DNA from: Candidatus Cloacimonadales bacterium | GTDB taxonomy: Bacteria; Cloacimonadota; Cloacimonadia; Cloacimonadales; JAFGVF01 | Reading direction: 5' to 3' | Assembly: GCA_963662585.1 (NCBI GenBank) | Contig: OY759729.1 | Coordinates: 1,280,001-1,344,000 of the forward strand | Length of the DNA stretch: 64,000 bases | Shown: in pieces, positions 34,234-45,599 of the stretch | Position numbering within the stretch: the first letter of the stretch is position 1 | Layout of the letters: every line of letters starts with the position of its first letter | Made by a program: the position numbers and the translations under genes | Notes under the pieces: model-generated | Told to the model about the DNA's origin: nothing | Seen by the model: only the letters and a program-made list of their open reading frames with translations | Databases searched by the model: none

Positions 34234-37200
34234 ATGAAACGAAATCTAATTATTTTGTTAATGGTAGTAGGTTTTCTCACTATCCTTAATGGGGAAAGTA
34301 TCACTTTAAATAGCAATGATAATAATATTTCTTTAATATCCTCTGATAACAATAACACTGTTTTAGAGTTAAATATTGGAAGTTTTTCCCAGACCCCACT
34401 TAAAATAGATGGTGAAGAATATTATCAGATAAGTATAAAAAACGAGGCTGAGACCTATGAAAAAGGTGCTCCTGAATTACCAACTCTTACAAGAAGTATA
34501 ATCATAGATAACTATTCTCAGCCAGAAATTAGGATTATTGATTCTGAATATAGAGAGTTTAAGATTAATGTTGCTCCTTCTAAAGGTGTAATTTCCAGAA
34601 ATATTGACCCAGCAAGCATTCCTTATGAATTTGGGCAAAAGTATCAGAAAGATGAATTTTACCCAAGTCAAATCAGTTTACTTGGCTCACCTTATATAAT
34701 GAGAAACTATCGTGGTGTAGCTGTTACTTTTAATCCTTTCCAGTATAATCCACAAACAGAAGTACTTAGAGTTTATACCATGCTTAAAGTGGAAGTTAGT
34801 AATAGTAGTAAATCAGAACAAAATGTCTTAACACGCTCAGGCAAAAGCGTTTCTTCTTTCGACTTTCTTTATCAAAATCATTTTTTAAACTATGAAACGA
34901 ATCGTTATGCGCCCTTAGATGAATTTGGTTCTATCTTAGTTATTGCTCCTCAGAACTATATTTCTACCATGCAAATCTATGCTAATTGGAAAATACAAAA
35001 AGGTATTCCTACAGAGATAGTTGATGTTGCCACTATCGGCAATAATTCTACTTCTATTAAGAATTATATTCAGACCTATTATAATAATCACCCTGAATTA
35101 GCTTTTGTTCAAATAGCTGGTGATGCCGCTCAGGTTGCCTCACTCACATCTGGTGGTGGTGGTGCTGACCCAATGTATGCTTTAGTCTCAGGTTCAGATA
35201 ACTACCCAGATATATTTATAGGTAGATTTTCTGCAGAGAATACTGAGCAACTCCTTACCCAAGTTGAAAGAACTTTGAACTATGAAAGAGATTTAAACAC
35301 CTCTGCAACTTATTTAAACAAGGCTCTGGGAATTGCTTCAGCTGAAGGTACTAGTGGACAGGGTGATAATGGTGAATCAGATATTCAACACATGAATATT
35401 ATCAGGACTAATCTGCTTAGTTACAACTACACTACTGTTGATCAAATATATGACCCTGGAGCAAGTGCTTCTGCTGTGGCAACATCTCTAAATAGTGGAA
35501 AAGGGCATGTTAATTACATCGGACATGGTTCTAATACTTCTTGGTCAACAACAGGATTTTCCAATACTTATGTAAATAATTTAACTAATGTAGGAAAGCT
35601 TCCTTTTATTGTTTCAGTTGCTTGTGTTAATGGTAATTTTGTATCTACAACCTGTTTTGCTGAAGCTTGGCTCAGGGCTACCTATAATGATGAGCCAACT
35701 GGTGCAATGGCAATCTATGCTTCTTCAATTAATCAATCTTGGGCTTCACCTATGAGAGGACAAGATGAAATAAGCCAACTTCTTACTAGTGAAGCCTTAT
35801 CTACAATTGGTGGTCTGTACTATAGTGGTTCTTGTGATATGATGGATGCCTACGGAACGGACGGAATAAATATGTTTAAAACTTGGCACATCTTTGGTGA
35901 TGCATCTCTACAAGTTAGAACAGATATTCCTCAAGAAATGACTATTAATCACTCTGGAATGCTTCCTGCCGGGAACACTACTTATAGCGTAAGTACAGGT
36001 ATTGCAGATGCTTTAGTCTCCCTTACCTATAATAACCAAATTTTAGGAAGTGGATACGCTAATAGTTCCGGGAATATAACTCTCACTTTAAGTAACCTTC
36101 CTACCACTCCAACTGATTTAACTCTCACTGTTACAGCTTTGAATAAAGTTACGGTCATTGAGCCCGTAACTATGGCAGCTACTGATGGTCCATATCTTAC
36201 TTTGGCAGATTATTCAGTTAATGATGCCAATAACAATGGTTTATTAGAATATGGTGAAACAGCTTCTTTAAATTTAGTTATAGAGAATATTGGTAATTCT
36301 GCTTCAAGTTCAGGATTTATTACTTTTAGTGAATCTGACACTTATTTAACATTAACTTCAAGCTCAGCTTTAGTGAGTACTATAAATGCTGAAGGCTCTC
36401 TCAATATTAACAATGTGATTAACTTCTCTCTTGCGAACAATATACCTAATAATCATACTATTACCCTTTCTTATATTATTTCTGCAGGGGGAGAGGAATA
36501 TCCTGGTACTATAAGTTTAACAGGAAAGTCTTATGATATGGAAATTACTGAAATATCTATTGATGATTCAAGTTCTGGAAATGGCAATAATACCATAGAT
36601 GCTGGTGAAACTTTTAACATCCTAGTAACTGTTGAGAATAATGGTGAGGTAAACTCACCCGCAAGTACTATAAATATAGCTAATGCAAGCTATATTACTT
36701 ATAATAGTTCTAGCCTTACAATACCTGCAATATCCGCAGGAAATAGCCAAGAGATAAGCTTTACTGCTACTGCTTCCAGCTCTATCCCAGCAGGGGAATT
36801 AGTTACTTTTACAGCTAACTCTGCTTATCTTAATGGAGATCTTGAATTTAGCCAAGGGTTCTTAGCAGCTTTACTTCAGATTGGGCAAGGGACAGTGACT
36901 AATGCTAGTCTTCCTATTGAGCCTTATTATGGTTATACTTATAGTCAATCCATATACACTGCTTCTGAACTTAATCTAGGGGTTTCTCAGATTAATAAAA
37001 TAGCTTATCAATATAATGGTAACAGCTCTTGGACTGATGCTATCGTTATTTACATGGGAAATACTACTAAAACTAGTTTTACTTCTACCTCTGACTGGGT
37101 CTCTTCTACTAACCTAACTCAAGTCTATAGTGGTTCTTTCACAGCTCCAGCAACTGCTGGCTGGATTGAAATAGAATTAGATACTCCTTTTCTTTATGAT

Positions 37201-39171
37201 GGAACAAGTAATTTGGTTACTGGCTTTGATGAGAATACCTCAGGATGGCATAATAGTAGTGACGAATTCTACTGTTATGCAGCAGGTTCAAATAGAAGTA
37301 TCTATTATTATGATGATTCCACAAATCCTAATCCTGTTTATCCTGTTTTAGGAACAGTATCAAGTAATAATCCGAATATGAGAATCTTTGCTTCAGCTTA
37401 CTCTACTGCACCAACACTATCTCTAAATACAAACAATATTGATTTTGGTGCAGTTGCTTTAGGTAATCCAGTTTTCGAGACTCTAATTATCACCAATCAA
37501 GGTGGAGAAACTCTAACTGGAACAATAAGAGCAAATAATAGTTTTTCAATCCAAAGTTCTGATAATTTAAGATCAAAAAAACAAATTATTGAAAATATTG
37601 AATCCACAACATCTTTGAGAAATATTGACTTCTCTATCAACTCTCTACAATCTAAAAGCTACATTATAAGCCATTCAACAGCTGGTTTAGGAGTATTCAA
37701 TGGTTCTCTTGCTATTACTTCTAATGATTCTAACAACCAAGATATTGAAATTCCTATTCGTCTGGAAGTAATTAATCCCGCTTCTATCAGTGTTAATCCT
37801 CAAAACATTGAATTAACCTTGCAAGCTCAGCAAACAGCAAACAGAGATTTAACTATAAATAATACAGGTGATCTTGCTTTAACATGCTCGCTAACACTTC
37901 AAGCTAATGAAAACAGAGATGTAACTGAAATATTCTCTGCTAACTTTGATGATAATGATTTAGCAGACTGGAGCATTGATTATCTTTATTCTGCTGACCA
38001 TACTTGGCATATTGCTGATAACTATAGTAGCTCAAGTATAGATGGAAGCTCTTTCTTATTTATAAATAGCGATGCTGCTGGTCAAAATACTGAATTAAAT
38101 GACACAATCGAAACGCCATCATTTAATATCAGTGCTTATGAAGAAGTTACTATAGAATTTGATCATTATTTTAATAGATATAGTGAAGAAATTGCTGATG
38201 TTGACTTCTGGACTGGTTCTGAATGGATTAATATTGGTCAATGGATAGGGGAAAGTATTGGATACTGGTCTGCACCAAGTCATTTCACCTATACTTTAAC
38301 CAATGAAGGATATAGTGATGTGAAACTCAGATTCCACTACTATGATGCCAATTGGGTCTGGTATTGGGCTATTGATAATTTACTTGTTTCTGGAGAAGGT
38401 ACTCCTGCCCCACAATGGGTAAGTCTGGATTCTGAATTTAATAACTTCACAATTTCACCTAATTCTAATGAGCCTGTTACTCTTAATTTTAACACTTTTG
38501 AATTAGAAGTTGGTCAATATACTGCAACCTTAAATATTCAATCAAACTCTGCTACTAATAGCAGTATTGACATCCCAATTACACTAACTATTAGTGAATT
38601 AGAGAATGAACCAACTTGGGAACCTGTTATCTATCCTAACAACAGTGTTACTATTTACGCTGAAGTTACCCATTTGAGTAATGAAATAGCTGAAGATGAT
38701 ATTGTTTCTGCTTGGGTTGGAGATGAATGCCGTGGAATTGGTTCAATAGTTCTTTTTGATAGAAGTCAAGCTTTCACGACTATTATAGTGCAGTCTAATG
38801 GAACAACTGAAAATGTTTACTTCAAACTTTATGACAGAAGCCAAGATATAGTTATTGAAGAATCTAATTCTACTACTATTGCTAGTGGTCAAGTTGTTGG
38901 TTCTGAAGAAACTCCATTTCCTATTAATATAGGAATCATTGAGCTTATTGTTCCTAATAACTTAGATGTAGAAATTTCTAACAGTATAGCAACCATAAAC
39001 TGGCTTGCTGTACCTAATGCTGATTTCTATAAAGTATTCTACTCTTCAGATTTAGAGAACTGGACAGAATTAAGTCAGGTAAGTGGTACATCTTATGAAC
39101 ATACCCAACCGCGTAGTGAGGTTCACCTCTATAAAGTTAAAGCATTTAGGAATGAAAGAAGAAGAAATTAA
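34234..39171 (+). CDS. Secreted gingipain-like C25 cysteine protease with propeptide and Ig/adhesin-like C-terminal domains
   Basis: Signal peptide, propeptide, R/YAP processing site, IGRFSA, GHG and ACVNG catalytic dyad, FGDASL. Confidence 0.9.
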   Translation: MKRNLIILLMVVGFLTILNGESITLNSNDNNISLISSDNNNTVLELNIGSFSQTPLKIDGEEYYQISIKNEAETYEKGAPELPTLTRSIIIDNYSQPEIRIIDSEYREFKINVAPSKGVISRNIDPASIPYEFGQKYQKDEFYPSQISLLGSPYIMRNYRGVAVTFNPFQYNPQTEVLRVYTMLKVEVSNSSKSEQNVLTRSGKSVSSFDFLYQNHFLNYETNRYAPLDEFGSILVIAPQNYISTMQIYANWKIQKGIPTEIVDVATIGNNSTSIKNYIQTYYNNHPELAFVQIAGDAAQVASLTSGGGGADPMYALVSGSDNYPDIFIGRFSAENTEQLLTQVERTLNYERDLNTSATYLNKALGIASAEGTSGQGDNGESDIQHMNIIRTNLLSYNYTTVDQIYDPGASASAVATSLNSGKGHVNYIGHGSNTSWSTTGFSNTYVNNLTNVGKLPFIVSVACVNGNFVSTTCFAEAWLRATYNDEPTGAMAIYASSINQSWASPMRGQDEISQLLTSEALSTIGGLYYSGSCDMMDAYGTDGINMFKTWHIFGDASLQVRTDIPQEMTINHSGMLPAGNTTYSVSTGIADALVSLTYNNQILGSGYANSSGNITLTLSNLPTTPTDLTLTVTALNKVTVIEPVTMAATDGPYLTLADYSVNDANNNGLLEYGETASLNLVIENIGNSASSSGFITFSESDTYLTLTSSSALVSTINAEGSLNINNVINFSLANNIPNNHTITLSYIISAGGEEYPGTISLTGKSYDMEITEISIDDSSSGNGNNTIDAGETFNILVTVENNGEVNSPASTINIANASYITYNSSSLTIPAISAGNSQEISFTATASSSIPAGELVTFTANSAYLNGDLEFSQGFLAALLQIGQGTVTNASLPIEPYYGYTYSQSIYTASELNLGVSQINKIAYQYNGNSSWTDAIVIYMGNTTKTSFTSTSDWVSSTNLTQVYSGSFTAPATAGWIEIELDTPFLYDGTSNLVTGFDENTSGWHNSSDEFYCYAAGSNRSIYYYDDSTNPNPVYPVLGTVSSNNPNMRIFASAYSTAPTLSLNTNNIDFGAVALGNPVFETLIITNQGGETLTGTIRANNSFSIQSSDNLRSKKQIIENIESTTSLRNIDFSINSLQSKSYIISHSTAGLGVFNGSLAITSNDSNNQDIEIPIRLEVINPASISVNPQNIELTLQAQQTANRDLTINNTGDLALTCSLTLQANENRDVTEIFSANFDDNDLADWSIDYLYSADHTWHIADNYSSSSIDGSSFLFINSDAAGQNTELNDTIETPSFNISAYEEVTIEFDHYFNRYSEEIADVDFWTGSEWINIGQWIGESIGYWSAPSHFTYTLTNEGYSDVKLRFHYYDANWVWYWAIDNLLVSGEGTPAPQWVSLDSEFNNFTISPNSNEPVTLNFNTFELEVGQYTATLNIQSNSATNSSIDIPITLTISELENEPTWEPVIYPNNSVTIYAEVTHLSNEIAEDDIVSAWVGDECRGIGSIVLFDRSQAFTTIIVQSNGTTENVYFKLYDRSQDIVIEESNSTTIASGQVVGSEETPFPINIGIIELIVPNNLDVEISNSIATINWLAVPNADFYKVFYSSDLENWTELSQVSGTSYEHTQPRSEVHLYKVKAFRNERRRN

Positions 39172-39186
39172 TCAAACAGATAGAAT

Positions 39187-39216
39187 AAAAACCCTGCTGT
39201 AAACAGCAGGGTTTTC
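39187..39216. terminator. Bidirectional intrinsic terminator
   Basis: AAAACCCTGCTG-taaa-CAGCAGGGTTTT between convergent genes. Confidence 0.8.
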
Positions 39217-39249
39217 TATATTCTATATTATGCCTATTAAGGCAATAAA

Positions 39250-40914
39250 CTATAATCTACCTAAGACATCTTTTTCAACTGTAAGAGCTAACTGATTAGT
39301 ATTTTCCCATAATTCTTTAGCTTTAGCTGATATTTCTTTCTTGAAGTCTTCATCATTAATTCCTGCCATATTAATCATCACATTAAGGTAGGCAGCTTTT
39401 GCTCCTGCGTTAGCAGTAATAGCTGCAACACCAGCATCAGAAAGCGCATTTGTGTTTCCGATAACTGCAACTTTTTCAGCTAATTGCACAGCATCCCAGC
39501 AGATTTCTAAAGTCTTGAGAGGAATTAGAATAGCATCTTTAGTTGCTTCTTCCATTGCCTGATCTCTCAGTTCTTTCTCTTCATCACTCTTTTTAGGAAG
39601 TTTCATAGCATCCATCATAATATAGAAAGCTTGAGTATCCTCATCTATAGCAGAAAGAGATCTCTCTTTAATAGCTTGACCTTCTTCCCCAAATTTTCTT
39701 GCTTCAGCTTGAACTTTATCATAACCTTTCTTATCAACAGTGAGGTTAGAGACCATAGCAGAGAGAGCACCTGACATTGCTACACAAACAGCAGCAACTG
39801 ATCCACCACCTGGTGCAGGAGAATCGGAGGCTAACTCATCGTTGAATTGAGTAATAGTCATATTGACTAAGTCATTAGGATTTGCGATAGCATATTCAAT
39901 AACTTTTTTATCTAAATCAAAATCAGCTAAGTCATCTAATCCCATAGATTTTACAGCTGTTTCCATAATTTTTCTTTCTGAAATACCTGCAGTTTCACCC
40001 ATTTTCTTAAGATAGTATTTACCTGCACTTATAAGAGCTTCTTTAGGGGTAAGTCCTACTAACTCGGAACCAGTAACAAAAATACCTTTTGCTAAAGCTA
40101 ATTCTCTTACTTTATCTAACACTTCATGCACAGGAGTGATTTTATAATTAGTTAAATTGATAGAAATCTGAGCTCTATCATATTCATCAATAAACCAACC
40201 TACAGCTTTGCATTCTTTAAAGATACCTGCTTGCATAACTTTGTTACCATCTGCATCTTTGATTAATTTGCCTTTTGCATCACGAGCTGGACGGCCTTTT
40301 TCTCTAATATCAAGAGCGATATCATGAGCTTTGGCTTTATCGCGAGTATTTAAATTTATATTATAAGCAATTAAGAATTCTCTTACACCAATAGCAGTTG
40401 CACCTGATTTTGCATTAAATACTTGAGGACCAAAGTCTGGTTTCCAAGCTGGATCCTGCATTTTTTTAGGAAGGGCTTCATATTCACCTTTTCTGATATT
40501 GGCAAGATTTTTCCATTCAGGTTTAGAAGCAGAATATTCATAAAGATAAATAGGAATACCTAATTCTTCCCCAACTCTTTTTCCTAATTTTTTAGAGTAT
40601 TCAATACACTCTTCCATTGAAACATCAGAAATAGGAATAAGAGGGCAAACATCAGTAGCACCCATTCTTGAGTGAGTTCCATGATGTTTACTCATATCAA
40701 TAAGTTCGCCTGCTTTTTTAATTGCTTGAAAAGCAGCTTCTATCACTGCATCAGGAGTTCCAACGAAAGTAAATACTGTTCGATTAGTTTCTGCTCCTGG
40801 ATCTACATCTAAGAGAGTAACATTATTAACAGAACATATTGAAGCAGAAATTGCATCTAATATCTTCTTATCACAACCTTCACTAAAATTAGGAACGCAT
40901 TCGATAAGTTTCAT
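39250..40914 (-). CDS. ftcD: Glutamate formimidoyltransferase / formiminotetrahydrofolate cyclodeaminase
   Basis: ECVPNFSEG, HSRMGATDVCP, SDSPAPGGGSVAA, SDAGVA. Confidence 0.95.
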   Translation of the reverse strand: MKLIECVPNFSEGCDKKILDAISASICSVNNVTLLDVDPGAETNRTVFTFVGTPDAVIEAAFQAIKKAGELIDMSKHHGTHSRMGATDVCPLIPISDVSMEECIEYSKKLGKRVGEELGIPIYLYEYSASKPEWKNLANIRKGEYEALPKKMQDPAWKPDFGPQVFNAKSGATAIGVREFLIAYNINLNTRDKAKAHDIALDIREKGRPARDAKGKLIKDADGNKVMQAGIFKECKAVGWFIDEYDRAQISINLTNYKITPVHEVLDKVRELALAKGIFVTGSELVGLTPKEALISAGKYYLKKMGETAGISERKIMETAVKSMGLDDLADFDLDKKVIEYAIANPNDLVNMTITQFNDELASDSPAPGGGSVAAVCVAMSGALSAMVSNLTVDKKGYDKVQAEARKFGEEGQAIKERSLSAIDEDTQAFYIMMDAMKLPKKSDEEKELRDQAMEEATKDAILIPLKTLEICWDAVQLAEKVAVIGNTNALSDAGVAAITANAGAKAAYLNVMINMAGINDEDFKKEISAKAKELWENTNQLALTVEKDVLGRL

Positions 40915-40944
40915 AAATTCCTCCGAATTATTTTGATTTTATAG

Positions 40945-42183
40945 TTATTTTTTTAATTTCTTTAATTTAATTTTTTCTATTTTTCTTTCTGTTGCTTGAA
41001 TAATCTGAATCCTAAATCCTTCGATATTAATATATTGACCTAGTTTAGGAATTCTCTCAATAGTATCAATTATTAGTCCTGCTAGAGTTTTGTAGTTTCC
41101 TTCAGGTAAATCAAGATCATATTCATCGTTAAGATCATCGACTTCACAATCAGCATTAATGATATAAGTATCTTCACTTATTTTAACGACATCTGAAGAA
41201 TCATCTTCGTGGTCATATTCATCTTCTATATCACCCACAATCTCTTCCATAATATCTTCAAAAGTAACTATTCCCGAAGTTCCTCCATAAGAGTCCACTA
41301 CAATAGTCATACTCTTTTTCTGCTTTTGCATCTCTTGCATTAAGAAATTTAAGCTAATATTCTCAGGAGAAAAATAGGGGTCTCTGATTAAGTCTTTTGC
41401 CACGGCATCTGGCTTTAAATCTCTCTTTAAGATATCATAGATAATTAGGATTCCAGTAATGTTATCAATTGTTTCAGAATAGACTGGATAGCGGGTAAAA
41501 CCTTCTTCTCTTACGACTTCGATGATCTCGGCAATAGGAGTACTCTCTTCAAAACCAATAATATCTCTTCTAGGTACCATAATATCTTCGGCAGTAAGAG
41601 TATTAAATTCTAACATTTCTTCCAGCATCTCTTTTTGAGGATGAGTAATATTTTTATCCTCTTTAGTATTGGAGAGAAAGAGCGCTAAGTCGTCTTTTGT
41701 TAAATAAGAAAGGGAGTGAGGTCCGCTAATATTGAATCTTTTATAGAGCCAATCATTTAGCCAAGTAACTACTGCCACAAATGGTTTGAGGAGAAAGTAA
41801 GCTACCTTTAGAAAAGAGAAAGTTCTTGGTACTAATAAGTTTGAATAATCTCTGAAAACTATCTTAGGTACTATCTCTCCAATCAGAAAGACTAATCCAC
41901 CAATAAGCAATGAGACATATTCTTGTTTAAAGAAATTACTATTATGAGCAATAACTGTCGCTACTGCTGCTAAAAGTATGTTAACTATATTATTACCTAT
42001 CAGAATAGTTCCAAAGAACTTATCAGGTTTAGAAACAAAATTCAAGAGTTCCCTCTTCCCTTTATGAGTTTTGGCATCTTTTTCTAAGCGAAGCATATCC
42101 AAAGAGACTATTCCTGTCTCTAAGCCTGAGAATAAAAATGAGAGCAGAAACAATACAATAAGTACTACAATATTCAGTAACAT
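40945..42183 (-). CDS. Hemolysin-family / CNNM protein (DUF21-CBS-CorC)
   Basis: FSGLE, ILIGNN, GEIVPK, CBS pair, EDIMEEIVGDIEDEYD. Confidence 0.92.
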   Translation of the reverse strand: MLLNIVVLIVLFLLSFLFSGLETGIVSLDMLRLEKDAKTHKGKRELLNFVSKPDKFFGTILIGNNIVNILLAAVATVIAHNSNFFKQEYVSLLIGGLVFLIGEIVPKIVFRDYSNLLVPRTFSFLKVAYFLLKPFVAVVTWLNDWLYKRFNISGPHSLSYLTKDDLALFLSNTKEDKNITHPQKEMLEEMLEFNTLTAEDIMVPRRDIIGFEESTPIAEIIEVVREEGFTRYPVYSETIDNITGILIIYDILKRDLKPDAVAKDLIRDPYFSPENISLNFLMQEMQKQKKSMTIVVDSYGGTSGIVTFEDIMEEIVGDIEDEYDHEDDSSDVVKISEDTYIINADCEVDDLNDEYDLDLPEGNYKTLAGLIIDTIERIPKLGQYINIEGFRIQIIQATERKIEKIKLKKLKK

Positions 42184-42207
42184 TTTCCTACTTCTTAATT
42201 ATTATTG

Positions 42208-43275
42208 TTAGCTATTAATTTGTTCATTTTTGTAAGCAATTTTAAGTGCTTCAATGAACTCGTTAATATCTCCTGCCATTATTTGATCGAACTTATATGA
42301 TGTCAAATTAATTCTGTGATCTGTCACTCTAGATTGAGGAAAATTATAGGTTCTAATCTTGGCACTTCTATCACCGGTACCAACTTGAGACTTTCTAGTT
42401 GCAGAAATTTCAGCTTCTTGCTTAGCAATTTCCATATCAAGTAATCTTGATCTAAGTACTTTCATTGCTTTATCTTTATTTTTAATCTGAGATTTCTCAT
42501 CTTGACAGGTAATGACTAAGCCTGTAGGTAAATGAGTAATTCTCACAGCTGAATCTGTAGTGTTAACACTCTGACCACCATTTCCTGATGATCTATAAAC
42601 ATCTATTTTCAAATCATTTTGATTAACTTCTACATCCACATCATCAGCTTCTGGGAGAACTGCCACTGAGATTGCTGAAGTGTGAATTCTGCCACTTGCT
42701 TCTGTCTCTGGAACTCTCTGAACACGGTGAACACCAGACTCAAATCTCATTGTCCCAAAAACATTCTCACCTCTCAACATAAAGGTTACTTCTTTATAAC
42801 CACCTTTATCAGTCATGTTAGAAGTTAATACTTCCTGCTTCCAACCCTGATTTCCAGCAAAATAACTATACATTCTAAAGAGGTCTGCTGCAAAAAGAGC
42901 AGCTTCATCTCCACCTGTTCCTGCTCGGATTTCAACGATAACATCCTTGTCATCATTAGGGTCTCTAGGAGCTAGCATCTCTTTAAGAGTCTCTGATAAT
43001 TCTTCTAATTTTTCTTCCGACTCCTCAATATCCATCTTGGCTAACTCTTGCATCTCTTTATCTTTTTCGTGAGCTAATAGTCCTTTGGAATCTTTAATAT
43101 TCTGTTCGACTTCTAAATACTCTCTATTAACTGCTAAAATCTCTTCTAGTTCTTTAAATCTCTTAGAAATTTTTCCATAGATTCTTCTATCTGACATGAT
43201 TTTTTGGTCATATACTTGTTCTCTTAATTGGCTATGTTCTTCTATGAGAGCTTCCAATTTATCTTGCGGTATCAT
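42208..43275 (-). CDS. prfA: Peptide chain release factor 1
   Basis: [18 protein letters not shown]. Confidence 0.97.
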   Translation of the reverse strand: MIPQDKLEALIEEHSQLREQVYDQKIMSDRRIYGKISKRFKELEEILAVNREYLEVEQNIKDSKGLLAHEKDKEMQELAKMDIEESEEKLEELSETLKEMLAPRDPNDDKDVIVEIRAGTGGDEAALFAADLFRMYSYFAGNQGWKQEVLTSNMTDKGGYKEVTFMLRGENVFGTMRFESGVHRVQRVPETEASGRIHTSAISVAVLPEADDVDVEVNQNDLKIDVYRSSGNGGQSVNTTDSAVRITHLPTGLVITCQDEKSQIKNKDKAMKVLRSRLLDMEIAKQEAEISATRKSQVGTGDRSAKIRTYNFPQSRVTDHRINLTSYKFDQIMAGDINEFIEALKIAYKNEQINS

Positions 43276-43289
43276 TCAATACTCCTAAA

Positions 43290-44237
43290 TTATTTATCTA
43301 AGATTGTTAAATTTTCGTAATCTGTTACATCTATATCTAAGGCTGATTTCATAGCCACAACTGCACATTCAATCATTTCATCACTAGGTGCTTGGGTAGT
43401 TATCCTCTGCAAAGCTAATCCAGGGAAAGTAAATAATTTAACCAAAGGGTTGTTAATATTTTTTCCTGAGAATTTTAATACTTCATAAGATATACCTGAC
43501 ACTAAAGGAATTAGTGGAAAATGTATAAGTAATCTCTGCCACCACATTATTTTCTCAATCCAGTACATTTGAACTAATGTATCAACTATGGAAAACAGCA
43601 AAATAGCAATTAACATTACTAAGAAGATAAAGCTTGTTCCACAGCGAGGATGAAGAGTAGTGAACTTTTGGACACTTGCAGAATCTAAATCAGACTGCTT
43701 CTCCCAGGCATGAACACTCTTATGTTCTGCCCCATGGTATTGAAACACCCGTTTTACATCTTTTAATTTACTAATAGCCCACACATATCCGATAAAAAAT
43801 GTTATTCTAATCGAACCTGCTAAAAGATTAAATAGAGCATTATTATCCATTTTCTGACTTAAGAAATAAGGTACTACCCCAAAGAGAAGAATTGCAAATC
43901 CAAAGGCAAAAACATAAGAAAAAAACTCTTCACTCTTCTTTCTGAAATCAGACTTGGCTGCTTCTTTCTCATCAACAAAATCTAATTCATATCTTGAAGC
44001 AGAAAAAGTTAAAGTCTTTACTCCGATTATCATCATCTCTATCAAAGATGCGAATCCACGAATTAAGGGGATCCCTAATATTTTAACTCTTTTAGTTATA
44101 CTATCAAATTTCTCTTTCTTTAATTCTAAAGAACCATCTTTCCTTCTTACACAGGTTGCTATATGCTCAGGACCTCGCATCATTACGCCTTCTATGACAG
44201 CTTGACCACCAATGGCAATCTCTTTCACTTTACCCAT
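43290..44237 (-). CDS. DUF1385 membrane protein (putative metal-dependent enzyme)
   Basis: GGQAVIEGVMMR, YHGAEHK, HPRCGTSF; usual rpmE-prfA context. Confidence 0.9.
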   Translation of the reverse strand: MGKVKEIAIGGQAVIEGVMMRGPEHIATCVRRKDGSLELKKEKFDSITKRVKILGIPLIRGFASLIEMMIIGVKTLTFSASRYELDFVDEKEAAKSDFRKKSEEFFSYVFAFGFAILLFGVVPYFLSQKMDNNALFNLLAGSIRITFFIGYVWAISKLKDVKRVFQYHGAEHKSVHAWEKQSDLDSASVQKFTTLHPRCGTSFIFLVMLIAILLFSIVDTLVQMYWIEKIMWWQRLLIHFPLIPLVSGISYEVLKFSGKNINNPLVKLFTFPGLALQRITTQAPSDEMIECAVVAMKSALDIDVTDYENLTILDK

Positions 44238-44261
44238 TTTTCAATCCTTTTGCTATTATAA

Positions 44262-44296
44262 AAAAAACACCACAGGCGTAACGCTACTGTGGTGCA
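44262..44296 (-). terminator. Intrinsic terminator after rpmE
   Basis: CACCACAG...CTGTGGTG hairpin with T-run on minus strand. Confidence 0.65.
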
Positions 44297-44310
44297 AAAT
44301 TGTAAAAAAT

Positions 44311-44520
44311 CTACTTTTTGTCTTTGCTATATTTTTGTTTGAACTTCTCTACACGACCTGCGGTATCAAGAAGTTTTTCTTTTCCGGTATAGAATGGATG
44401 GCATTCATTACAGATTGATACATTGATATCACCTGTTGTAGATTTAGTTTCAAAAATGTTTCCACACATACATGTAACTTTAACTTTTTTATAGTTAGGA
44501 TGGATTCCTTCTTTCATCAT
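44311..44520 (-). CDS. rpmE: 50S ribosomal protein L31 (Zn-binding type A)
   Basis: [21 protein letters not shown]. Confidence 0.97.
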   Translation of the reverse strand: MMKEGIHPNYKKVKVTCMCGNIFETKSTTGDINVSICNECHPFYTGKEKLLDTAGRVEKFKQKYSKDKK

Positions 44521-44851
44521 TTACTCCTATTTATTATCATTAATTATTATTCTATTGCTTCTTACAATTTCGTAGTTAACATAAAATTCTTTCCCCATGA
44601 ATATGTCAATATTTTTTATTAAGTTTTTATGGATTTACTTATTTTCCCTTAAGTTTCCGCACTCAAAATTTCTTAAATCCTAGACTTGTTACGAGTTTAA
44701 GTGGAGTATGTTCTTTTTCTTTAATCTCATTTCACTTAGCCCTTCACAACAATTATTCACTAAGTTAGCTACTACAAATTACCCAGTTGGGTATATTGAA
44801 AGAAAACATAGATTTAAAGTTCCAAAGTCAGTAGATGCAGGATGTTTCAAT

Positions 44852-45097
44852 CTAACTAATTCTTTTTATTTTAACAATCGTTATAGTAATAATTATAACA
44901 GCTAAAAAAGCTCCTATACTAGTTCCCAGTTTATTTTCAGGACTTCCTTTTAGTAGAACTATTGTTAAAACTATGAGTGAACTAACTGAAGTTAATACAA
45001 TTTCTTTGATAGATGCTTTATTATTAATATATAATCTATAGTTGATTAGTGAAACTACTATAAAGGCAATCGGGATAATTAATATTCTGTACCACAT
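44852..45097 (-). CDS. Small 3-TM membrane protein
   Basis: 81 aa, three hydrophobic segments, starts 3 nt after upstream ORF. Confidence 0.55.
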   Translation of the reverse strand: MWYRILIIPIAFIVVSLINYRLYINNKASIKEIVLTSVSSLIVLTIVLLKGSPENKLGTSIGAFLAVIIITITIVKIKRIS

Positions 45098-45100
45098 AAC

Positions 45101-45599
45101 TTAATCTTCTATCAGTGCATATCCTGCAACAGCCATTTCTACGGCAAATTGTACTTTCCAGTGACAAGAGCCAGTAACCCCTCCTACAACGACACCAATT
45201 ACAGCCCCAACAGGTCCTGCAATTGCGGTTCCTGTAAGACCTCCAATAATTGCACCTCTCAAATCATTCATCCACGAAATTCGTAAATTATTATAATCAT
45301 ACGGATTAACAACTCCAATGTAGATATCGTCTATTAAAACATCCCATTTAGACGAATTTATCTTCCAATATAACATAGATGAGTGAGCAAGATCAAGATT
45401 ATTGAAATAAATCTGAATAATCTCTCTTTAGAGAATTATATATCTCATCTAAACACTGCTTATACTGTTCGCCAGCCGACAGTTTCGAACTGCTAGTTGG
45501 TGTTATCTGAATTTTAGAAATTGCAGATTGGTTATCACATGACATGCATATAGTTAAAGCGACTGTAACAACAATTAACATAATAATCATCTTTTTTAT
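45101..45599 (-). pseudogene. Probable frameshifted lipoprotein with C-terminal glycine-zipper tail (ORFs 45399-45590 and 45101-45376)
   Basis: Signal/lipobox ORF stops early; overlapping open frame continues LAHSSMLYW...GAIIGG..AGPVGAVIG; ATA-AAA-AAG behind RBS. Confidence 0.5.
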
